A stretch of 64,000 nucleotides of DNA from an uncultured Chloroflexia bacterium (GTDB lineage: Bacteria; Chloroflexota; Limnocylindria; QHBO01): assembly GCA_963814375.1 (NCBI GenBank), contig CAWFCQ010000003.1:160001-224000 (forward strand). Direction: 5' to 3'. The notes beneath the pieces were generated by a model. That model made no database searches, was not told the DNA's origin, and worked only from the letters and a program-made list of their open reading frames with translations. Shown in pieces: positions 54,758 through 64,000 of this stretch. How positions within the stretch are numbered: the stretch's first letter is position 1; the number at the start of each line of letters is the position of its first letter. A program made the position numbers and the translations under genes.

Positions 54758-55423
54758 ATGACGACCCAGAAGACCCTCAAGCGACGTGTTCGCGCGCGCG
54801 CCTCAAAGACCGGCGAGTCGTACACCGCCGCCCGGGCGCAGGTGCTCCGCAAGGCGGAGGCAGCGACCCCATCGGCCGAGGAGCTCACCGGGATGAGCGA
54901 CGAGGCGATGATCCGCGGCTCGGGCAAGCCCGTTGCCGAGTGGCTCGACATCCTCGACGCCTGGCCGGCGACCGGTCACAGCCACACCGAGATCGCGCGA
55001 TGGCTCGTTGCCGAGCATGGCATCGGCGGCTGGTGGTCCCAATCCGTGACCGTGGCCTACGAGCGAGCCCGCGGCCTGCGCGCCGTGAATGAGCGGCCGG
55101 ACGGCTTCTCCGTCAGCGCGAGCCGCACCATCAAGGCGCCGGCCGAGAGCATCTCGGATGCATTCACCGACGCGGCCCTCAGACAGCGATGGCTCCCCGA
55201 TGCGCCCGTCGCGGTACGCACAGCCAACCGCGGCCGCTCCGCCCGCTTCAACTGGGACGAGCCGCCGTCGCTCTTCGGCTTCAACCTGTTCGCCAAGGGC
55301 GAGGGGAAGACGCAGATCGGCCTGGCACATGAGAAGCTGCCGGACGCCGCGACGGCCGATCGCCTCAAGCTCATGTGGCGCGACCGCCTCGGCGCGCTGA
55401 AGGAGCTGCTGGAGGCGGGCTGA
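54758..55423 (+). CDS. Basic N-terminal helix plus DUF4287-like and SRPBCC-like domains
   Basis: MTTQKTLKRRVRARASKTGESYTAARAQV; SGKPVAEWLDILD...HTEIARWL...GGWWSQSVTVAYE; SRPBCC-like C-terminus (HEKLPD...WRDRL). Alternative start at 54746. Confidence 0.75.
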   Translation: MTTQKTLKRRVRARASKTGESYTAARAQVLRKAEAATPSAEELTGMSDEAMIRGSGKPVAEWLDILDAWPATGHSHTEIARWLVAEHGIGGWWSQSVTVAYERARGLRAVNERPDGFSVSASRTIKAPAESISDAFTDAALRQRWLPDAPVAVRTANRGRSARFNWDEPPSLFGFNLFAKGEGKTQIGLAHEKLPDAATADRLKLMWRDRLGALKELLEAG

Positions 55424-55461
55424 GCACCTTCGGAGCCGATGCGCCGCGTACACTCCGCGGC

Positions 55462-55915
55462 ATGCGCGTCGCGATCGGCTCCGACCACGCGGGGTTCGAG
55501 CTCAAGAGCGAGCTCTGCTCGCTGCTCGACGAGCTTCGGGTCGAATATCGCGACTTCGGCACCTTCGGGCGCGAGCCGGTCGACTACCCCGACCTGATCG
55601 CGCCGGTGGCGCGAGCCGTGGCGAAGGGTGACTTCGAGCTCGGCATCGTGCTCGGCGGCAGCGGTACCGGCGAGGCGATCGTCGCGAACAAGGTGCGCGG
55701 CATTCGCTGCGTGGAGGCCGCCGACCCGGTCACCGCGCGCCTTGGGCCGCGAGCACAACGACGCCAACGTCCTCTCGCTCGGGGCGAGGATCGTCGGCAC
55801 GGAGATCGCGCGCGCCTGCGTCCGTGCCTTCCTCGAGGCCGATTTCGGCGGCGGCCGCCACGTCGCGCGCGTCGAGAAGATCAGCCGCATCGAGGCCGAG
55901 GAGGCGCGAGGCTGA
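55462..55915 (+). CDS. rpiB: Ribose-5-phosphate isomerase B, apparent frameshift near 55742
   Basis: MRVAIGSDHAG, VDYPD and GSGTGEAIVANKVRGIRC, then REHNDANVLSLG and FGGGRH in the next frame. Confidence 0.9.
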
Positions 55916-57191
55916 GCCTGGCGCTGAGCCCGATCGCGACCGCGAGCTCCTCGATGGCGCGCACGGCTCCGGTGCCGCCTTCGCGATGCGCCTCGTCGTC
56001 CGCGCCGCGGAGGTGACGGGCGCCGAGCGACTCATCGACATCTCGGGCGCGCATATCGACTCCTGCCTCTACCACGGCGAGGCATCGATCGATTTCGTCG
56101 AACGCCTGGCCGAAGGCGGCGCCCGCGTCTCGGTGCCGACCACGCTCAACGTCGGCGGCCTCGACCTGCTCCATCCCGAGCTCGTCCGGACCGATCCCGC
56201 GCTCGCCGATCGCGCCCGCCTGCTGATGGAGCGCTACCGCAGCCTCGGGGCGCGACCCAGCTTCACCTGCGCTCCCTACCAGCTGGCCGATGCCCGGCCG
56301 GCGCTGGGGGACCAGGTTGCGTGGGGTGAGTCGAACGCGATCGCGTTCTGCAACAGCGTTCTCGGAGCGCGTACCAACCGCTACGGCGACTTCATCGACG
56401 TCGCGGCCGCAATCACCGGACGGGTGCCGCGAATCGGGCCTGCATCTCTCCGATGCGCGCCGCGCAACCCTCGTGCTGCGGCTCGGCGCCGACGTGCCCG
56501 CCGCGCTGCGCGATGCGGACGAGCTCTACCCGGTGCTCGGCATCGTGCTCGGCCGCCGCGCAGGGGCCGCTGTCACCGTCATCGACGGCCTGCCCGCAGG
56601 CCAGTCCGAGGACCGGCTCAAGGCGCTCGGCGCGGCAGCCGCGTCGTCGGGATCCGTCGCGCTGTTCCACGTCGCCGGCTCGACGCCCGAGGCTCCCACC
56701 CTCGAGGCGGCGCTCCACGGTCGGCCGCCCGAGGCCGAGGAGGAGATCTCGCTCGCGGAGCTGCGCAGCACCCGCGACGAGCTGTCGACCCATGCCGGCG
56801 AGCGCCTCGCCGCCGTCTCGATCGGAACGCCCCACGCATCGCTCGCCGAGCTCGACCGGTACGCGCGCCTTCTGGACGGTGACCGCGTCCACCCCGACGT
56901 CGAGTGCCTCGTCTCGACCGGGCGCGACGTGCTGGAGCAGGCCGGCGAGCGGGGCATCGTCGACCGGCTCCGCGGGGCGGGCGTCGAGCTGCTCGTCGAC
57001 ACGTGCAGCTACGTCGTGCCGGTCCTGCGCCATCCGGCCGGGCCGGTCATGACCGACTCGGGCAAGTGGGCCTACTACGCCCCCGGCAACATCGGCGCGG
57101 AGGTGGTGTTCGCCTCCACCGAGGACTGTCTGCGCTCAGCCGTGGCCGGCAGAGTCGTCCGCGACGATGCGTGTGGGGAGCCTCCCCGTGA
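55912..57191 (+). CDS. Aconitase X catalytic subunit (DUF521), with apparent frameshifts
   Basis: AHIDSCLYHG, FTCAPY and WGESNAIAFCNSVLGARTNR; after a shift near 56435, LFHVAGSTPEA, IGTPHAS, DTC and MTDSGKWAYY. Confidence 0.85.
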
Positions 57192-57563
57192 CGGCTCGCG
57201 CCCTCGTGCTCGACGAGCCGCTCAGCCTGTGGGGCGGGATGGATCCGGCGACGGGGGAGGTCATCGACGCGCGGCACCCGCAGCGCGGGGCGAGCCTCGC
57301 GGGACGCGCCGTCGTGATGCCTGCCGCTCGCGGGTCGTCCTCGTCGGCATCGGTGCTGGCCGAGGCCGTCCGGGCCGGGGTGGCGCCGGCGGCCATCTAC
57401 CTCGGCGAGCCCGACCTCATCCTCGCCATCGGTGCCGCCGTCGCCGAGGAGCTGTACGGGATCAAGGTGCCGATCGTGGTGCTGCCGCGGTCCGAGCTCG
57501 ACGGCGATCGTCGACGGCCAGCCGGTCGAGGTCAGCGCAGCTCCGCGAGGTTCTGCCAGATGA
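57188..57563 (+). CDS. Aconitase X swivel subunit (DUF126); 3' end approximate
   Basis: EPLSLWGGMDPATGEVIDARHP and RGSSSSAS. Confidence 0.85.
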
Positions 57564-59349
57564 CGAAGAGGCCGGCCACGACGGCGACGACGACCAGCGT
57601 CTGCGACCAGAACGTGATGCCGAGGATCAGCATGGTCACCAACGCCAGGGTGAAGGTGGTGATCGAGACGACCTCGGCCACGGTTCCGCGCAGAACGGCA
57701 TCGATGAAGAGGAAGACGCCGATCACCACGATCGCGGCGATCACGCCGAGCTCCGGGAAGAAGACGAGCACCAGGATCATGCCGATGAGCAGGAGGCCGA
57801 TGCTCGCCGCCGCCCAGATCTCGAGCAGCCTGCCGAAGCGCTGAGCCTGGGGTGGGGTCGGCTTCGGGATATGGCGCAGATGTGCGCTTGGCCCCTCCCG
57901 TTCCCCGGCCGTGAGGGCGGCGAGACGTGCCGTGATGGCGGCGAGGCGCGAGTCGTCGGCCGCCCTCTCGGCACGCAGCGCATCCAGCTCCGCCTGGTCG
58001 GTCGTGAGGAGGGCAAGTGACGCGCTCGGCGACTCGGGGTCGCCTACCGCGACGGTCAGCGCTCGCTGCTCGGCGCCCGTGACAGCCACCCGCTCCGCAA
58101 GGTCGGTGATCTTCTGCTCGAGGTCCGGCCGGCGCGCCTCGATCTCGGCGGCGCGTCGCGCGAGCACGTGCGGCTCCACCGATGAAGGCGGCACGAGGTC
58201 GAGCTCCGCGAACCCGAGCGGATCCTGCCACGAGGACCGCACCGTGCCATCGCGCCCGTACATCGGCCCCGCCGGCGCATCCTCGCCCTCGAATGGGTCG
58301 CGAACATGGGCTCCCCAGAGGCCGCGATACGCGGTCAGCCAGCCCTGGTCACGCAGCAGGACCGCGTCCCAGGTCCGCTCCTCTCCGGGACCGATGGCGA
58401 CGCCGTCGCCTCGCGCGTAGTCGACGAAGGCGATCGGCAGGACTCGTTCACGCCGGCCCTGCTGCCCCTGGCTGCCGAAGAGGCGGGAGATCGCGCCGGC
58501 GATGGCCTTGATGGGGGTCGGGAGCGCGAGCTCGTGCTCGGTGAGGTATTCGCCTCCCAGGAAGTACGACGCGTGCGATCCGGCGCCGGCGTAGACGACC
58601 GGATGGCCGTCCACCAGCTCGAGCTGGTCGCGATCGTCCCACCTGCGTCTGAGGTCCGCCCCGTTGTAGTCGTGCTGGGCGTAGACCGCCCATGACGCCG
58701 GCTGCTCGTCGGCCTCCCCATCGAGGACGACCATCATCATCTCCCAGTCGGCCTCGTGGTCGTTTGCGCCGTGGAAGCCGCTGCGCCAGTCGTTGTACGC
58801 GTAGAAGAACCAGTACTGGAGGACGATCCAGCCCGCCTCGCGCACCACGCGGCCGTAGTACACGTGGGTCGATTGGCCCTCGGCCATCGCCCGGTACTCG
58901 TTCACCGCGTCGCGCGCGAGAGCTCCGGGGACGCGGCCGCGGAGGAGCAGCGCAAGCGAGAAGAGCGCGTCGACCAGCCGCGACAGGTAGCCGACGCGGG
59001 TCAGCCGGCCCGGACCTCGCCGGAATCCGCGAGCCTGCTCGGTCCGATCGCGGAGGAGGCGACCCGCGCCCAGCTCTGCGGCGGTCCACTCCCGGGCGAC
59101 GCGCAGGAAGTAGCGACCGGGAACCGCCTCGGCCTGGATGGTTCCGAGCCGCTGGAGGTCGAGCTTTCCGGCCGGCACGACCTCCCTGGCGGTCCCGTCG
59201 TCGAGCCTGACGTTGAGGCTCGCCCGCGCCGCGTACGAACCGACGTCCATCGGGAAGAAGCTCTCGCCGTGCGTGTAGCGGACGATCGGCTCGTGCCGGC
59301 GCAGAAGCTCGAGGTCGTCGGCCGGCGTCCCGGCGGCCGCGTCGGTCAC
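57532..59349 (-). CDS. Hypothetical protein with a Vps62/NPP1-like domain, coiled coil and C-terminal TM helices
   Basis: [12 protein letters not shown]...[22 protein letters not shown] and [10 protein letters not shown]. Confidence 0.7.
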   Translation of the reverse strand: MTDAAAGTPADDLELLRRHEPIVRYTHGESFFPMDVGSYAARASLNVRLDDGTAREVVPAGKLDLQRLGTIQAEAVPGRYFLRVAREWTAAELGAGRLLRDRTEQARGFRRGPGRLTRVGYLSRLVDALFSLALLLRGRVPGALARDAVNEYRAMAEGQSTHVYYGRVVREAGWIVLQYWFFYAYNDWRSGFHGANDHEADWEMMMVVLDGEADEQPASWAVYAQHDYNGADLRRRWDDRDQLELVDGHPVVYAGAGSHASYFLGGEYLTEHELALPTPIKAIAGAISRLFGSQGQQGRRERVLPIAFVDYARGDGVAIGPGEERTWDAVLLRDQGWLTAYRGLWGAHVRDPFEGEDAPAGPMYGRDGTVRSSWQDPLGFAELDLVPPSSVEPHVLARRAAEIEARRPDLEQKITDLAERVAVTGAEQRALTVAVGDPESPSASLALLTTDQAELDALRAERAADDSRLAAITARLAALTAGEREGPSAHLRHIPKPTPPQAQRFGRLLEIWAAASIGLLLIGMILVLVFFPELGVIAAIVVIGVFLFIDAVLRGTVAEVVSITTFTLALVTMLILGITFWSQTLVVVAVVAGLFVIWQNLAELR

Positions 59350-59777
59350 GGGCGATCGAGCTCGCGATCGCGATACGAGATCCTCATCTCGGGCGTGAGG
59401 AGGAGAAATGCGAGCACCGCCGCCGCCAGCATCGCGACGTACGGCTCGTCCTCCGATGCCCAACGCACGATGAGGTAGACGAGCGCCCACCCAATCTGCC
59501 AGATGGCGAGGATCCAGCCGAAGCGCCCGGCAACGATCATGAGTGGCGCCGTAACCAGGCTCAGAACACCGAGGATGAGCGGAGCGAGCCACGGATCACC
59601 GCGCCCGCCGGTCGCCGTACCGGCGTCCCGCAGCATCACCGCGCCGACGAAGATGAGCAGCGCGAGCACCGGCAGAAGGACGATCAGGTCCGGCCGGTCG
59701 TCCTTGGCGCTGAGCACGCTGGCGGGTCCGACCGGCGCTTCGGGGGCGTCGGACAGCTCGGTGGCCGGCTCGGTCAT
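59346..59777 (-). CDS. Hypothetical membrane protein (about 4 TM)
   Basis: C-terminal part of ORF 59346..60368 from ATG 59777; stop overlaps the next GTG; -10 TACAAT upstream. Confidence 0.65.
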   Translation of the reverse strand: MTEPATELSDAPEAPVGPASVLSAKDDRPDLIVLLPVLALLIFVGAVMLRDAGTATGGRGDPWLAPLILGVLSLVTAPLMIVAGRFGWILAIWQIGWALVYLIVRWASEDEPYVAMLAAAVLAFLLLTPEMRISYRDRELDRP

Positions 59778-59873
59778 CGGTATCGGCGCTCCATCCGTCG
59801 GTGGCCCCCGATTGTACCGGCGAGGAAGCCGCAACCCCCGTTGATTCTCGTGGTCGCCGATTACACTGCCCGC

Positions 59874-61154
<1,281 letters not shown>

Positions 61155-61217
61155 GCGTCGGGGTTCACCGCGGTGGAACCTGACGACCGCGCTCCTGGTG
61201 TGCGTTAGCCGGCAGCC

Positions 61218-61706
61218 TCACGCTGCGGAGGCGACACCCCTGCGAACCGTGGGCATGGCCGCGGCGACGTGGTCGCGGGCGTATCGGTCCAGGAGGGTGA
61301 GCTCCTCTCGGTAGACCTTGGCGAGCATGCGCGGTGCGACGAGGCGCTCGACGAGACCGGAAACGCCGTCGGTGAACCAGCGGGTATGGATTTGGACCCG
61401 GCTGCCGCCGCCGGGGCCGCGGTCGACGGTGAAGGTCGTCAGCATGCGACGGCTCGGGTCGGACTCGACGAGCACGCGCCCCGGCTCGGGCTCACCGACG
61501 CGCACCCGGTAGGCCGTGGTACGTCCGCCGAGGGTCATCGTGAACCGATGGACGGTCCCGGCTCCGACGCCCCCGCACTCGATCTCGAAGTCGTTGAACT
61601 GGGGCGGGAGGAAGCGCGGGTGATGCTCGCGGAAGTCGCGGATGAGGTGATAGACGCGGCCGGGAGGCGCATCGATGAGGCGCTCGGCCGAAACGGAGAT
61701 CTGCAC
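61218..61706 (-). CDS. SRPBCC/polyketide cyclase-like protein
   Basis: IDAPPGRVY...HHPRFLPP...GGVGAGT...EPEPGRVLVE. Confidence 0.82.
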   Translation of the reverse strand: MQISVSAERLIDAPPGRVYHLIRDFREHHPRFLPPQFNDFEIECGGVGAGTVHRFTMTLGGRTTAYRVRVGEPEPGRVLVESDPSRRMLTTFTVDRGPGGGSRVQIHTRWFTDGVSGLVERLVAPRMLAKVYREELTLLDRYARDHVAAAMPTVRRGVASAA

Positions 61707-61862
61707 AGAGCCATAGTGAGCGCCGGGCGGGCTCGTATCCATCGGTCGATAGTCTGCTCACGGTTACGTCATTGCGCCGAAGGGCCTATCAGGGCTGGGT
61801 GTTCGCGCCTGCGGGGACCCTCGGCTATACTCGCGGCGTCCGACCGCTGTGAGTCGAACTGA

Positions 61863-62120
61863 ATGGCACAGCTGACGCCTTTGGGGCTCATCAAGATCCT
61901 CGGCCAGGTGACCGCGATCATGGTGATTCCCATGGTGGGAGGCACGGTCGCCGGCCTCGTCATCGACGGGATCCTGGAGACCTCGCCGACCGGTGTGCTG
62001 CTCGGCCTGGCGATCGGGACGCTGATCTCGGCCATCGGCATCTGGCTCCTCATTCGCGCCGGCGTGCGCGATGTCGCTGACGGGGGCAATGCCGATGGGG
62101 GCCATCGCGATGACGCATGA
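61863..62120 (+). CDS. AtpZ/AtpQ-family (ATPase gene 1) small membrane protein, copy 1
   Basis: PMVGGTVAGLVIDGILETSPTGVLLGLAIG; first gene of the atp operon; TATACT upstream. Confidence 0.7.
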   Translation: MAQLTPLGLIKILGQVTAIMVIPMVGGTVAGLVIDGILETSPTGVLLGLAIGTLISAIGIWLLIRAGVRDVADGGNADGGHRDDA

Positions 62121-62349
62121 CAACGGCCCCACCGAGGGACCACCCCCGACGCGACCACCCAACTGGGGGCTCGGGCTGGACCTCGGCATCCGCCTCGGCG
62201 TCTCCGTGGCGATCGGTCTGGGCGGCGGGCTGCTGCTCGACAACTGGCTGGGCACCCGACCGCTCTTCACGCTGATCGGGATGGTGCTGGGCATCGGTGC
62301 GGCCATGATCACGATCTGGAACGTGGCGCGCGATGCGATGAGGAGATAG
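62110..62349 (+). CDS. AtpZ/AtpQ-family small membrane protein, copy 2
   Basis: GLGGGLLLDNWLGTRPLFTLIGMVLGIGA. Confidence 0.82.
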   Translation: MTHDNGPTEGPPPTRPPNWGLGLDLGIRLGVSVAIGLGGGLLLDNWLGTRPLFTLIGMVLGIGAAMITIWNVARDAMRR

Positions 62350-63195
62350 ATGCCCGAAGAAGCGGCCTCAGAGGCGCCGATTCACGTATCGATCGCGGCC
62401 GAGGAGCTGTTCAAGATCGGCCCGCTCTCGTTCACCAACTCGATGGTGGGCGCGCTGCTTGCTTCCCTGGTGCTGCTGCTCGCGGCGTCGTACATCACCC
62501 GCCGCTCGGCGCTCATCCCCGGACGGATGCAGAGCGCGCTGGAGCTGCCGATCGAGCTCATGAGCGGCATCGTGAGCGCCTCCAGCAGCCGATGGCGCGG
62601 CTACGTAGCGCTCATCCTCTGCTTCTTCCTGACGATCCTGGTCGCCAACTGGATCGGCCTGCTGCCCGGCGTCGGCACGATCGGGATCATGCACGTGGAG
62701 GAGGGGCACGAGACCCTCGTGCCGCTGGTCCGGCCCGCCAGCGCTGACCTGAACTTCACCCTCGGCCTGGCGATCGTGGCCTTCGTCATGTTCGTGTACT
62801 GGGGCATCCGCGCCAATGGCGGGCTCGGCTACCTGAAGGAGCTGCTCGGCGAGCCTCGCTACATGGCCCCGCTCATGTTCCCCATCAACCTGATCAGCGA
62901 GCTCAGCCGCCTCATCAGCCTCTCCATGCGACTCTTCGGCAACGTCTTCGCCGGCGAGGTCCTGATCGCGACGATGATCGCGCTGGCCCCCATATTCATC
63001 CCGGCCGTCTTCCTCGGGCTCGAGGGCCTCTTCGGCCTGGTCCAGGCGCTCGTCTTCGCCCTGCTGGCCATGACTTACATCAGCGTCGCCATCGCCGAGC
63101 ACCACGCGGGTGCCGGACACGACGACGAGCATGGCGAGGCCGATGCCGGCCACGCCGAGCGCCATCCACCCGCGGCCGAGGCCGCATCCGCATAG
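62350..63195 (+). CDS. atpB: ATP synthase F0 subunit a
   Basis: ANWIGLLPGVG, ASADLNFT and SLSMRLFGNVFAGE. Confidence 0.96.
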   Translation: MPEEAASEAPIHVSIAAEELFKIGPLSFTNSMVGALLASLVLLLAASYITRRSALIPGRMQSALELPIELMSGIVSASSSRWRGYVALILCFFLTILVANWIGLLPGVGTIGIMHVEEGHETLVPLVRPASADLNFTLGLAIVAFVMFVYWGIRANGGLGYLKELLGEPRYMAPLMFPINLISELSRLISLSMRLFGNVFAGEVLIATMIALAPIFIPAVFLGLEGLFGLVQALVFALLAMTYISVAIAEHHAGAGHDDEHGEADAGHAERHPPAAEAASA

Positions 63196-63202
63196 GGCGT
63201 GA

Positions 63203-63472
<270 letters not shown>

Positions 63473-63502
63473 TACCCGTCCACCGGACGAAGGAGTCAGC
63501 GC

Positions 63503-64000
63503 ATGGGCGCATTCTTCGAGGCCTTCGCGGTTGATGGCTGGAAGCTCGCCTTCCAGGTCATCAACTTCCTGATCCTCCTGTTCCTCCTGAACCGATTCCT
63601 GTTCAAGCCGGTGCTCGCTCGGCTCGACGAGCGCGGCGCCAAGATCGGGAAGGGGCTGGAGGACGCGGAAGTTGCGGCGCGCGACCGTGAGCTCGCCCGC
63701 GCCGAGCGCGAGGCGGCCGTGGCCGAGGCGCGCAAGGAGGCGGCCGAGATGCTCGCCCGCTCGAACAAGATCGCCGACGACACGCGCAACGAGATCCTCA
63801 ACGACGCCCGGACCGAGGCCGAGAAGGTCACGGCGCGGGCCCGCGAGGAGATCACCGCCGAGAAGGAGAAGGCGATGGCCGAGCTCCGCGCCCAGGTCGC
63901 CGACCTGGCGCTCGAGGCGGCCGGCAAGCTCGTGCGCTCGGACATGAACGCCACCACGCAGCGGCGGCTCGTCGAGGAGTTCCTCGCCGAGACCCCGGCG
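63503..64000 (+). CDS. atpF: ATP synthase F0 subunit b (runs off the window edge)
   Basis: Hand translation MGAFFEAFAVDGWKLAFQVINFLILLFLLNRFLFKPVLARLDER...; AAGGAG SD. Confidence 0.94.
   Translation, partial: MGAFFEAFAVDGWKLAFQVINFLILLFLLNRFLFKPVLARLDERGAKIGKGLEDAEVAARDRELARAEREAAVAEARKEAAEMLARSNKIADDTRNEILNDARTEAEKVTARAREEITAEKEKAMAELRAQVADLALEAAGKLVRSDMNATTQRRLVEEFLAETPA

Noticed and set aside
57564-57844. C-terminal extension of the DUF126 ORF
   Set aside because: It is likely a frameshift artefact running antisense into the convergent gene.

Overview
This is a very GC-rich (roughly 70%) bacterial chromosome segment spanning the replication origin. Gene content and protein style suggest Chloroflexota, possibly Limnocylindria/Ellin6529-like; that is inference only. 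Most of it is core housekeeping: dnaA-oriC-dnaN-recF-dciA, rpmH-rnpA-yidD-yidC-jag, ssrA/smpB, ftsEX, frameshifted prfB, secA, prs, gyrA/gyrB, parAB with a parS site, mreD-mrdA-rodA, rplU-rpmA-rpmE, prfA-prmC-tsaC-rpiB-glyA and the start of the atp operon. It also carries a membrane glycosylation cluster and a 9-GAF hybrid kinase/Hpt/REC-adenylate cyclase phosphorelay. No transposase, phage or CRISPR-Cas genes were seen. The most unusual signals are non-coding or very small: (i) a dispersed family of palindrome arrays with fixed ~50-bp spacing (modules at 11.1, 30.9, 47.4 and 52.9 kb); (ii) a 63-64-nt covarying hairpin directly after the secA, gyrA and rodA stop codons; (iii) a self-contained promoter-SD-13-codon ORF-terminator unit upstream of smpB; (iv) a double-CxxxCxxC small protein overlapping prfB, with upstream DnaA boxes; (v) a multi-stem leader ahead of a DUF4287/SRPBCC-like gene. 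Several single-base frameshifts in conserved genes are probably assembly errors.
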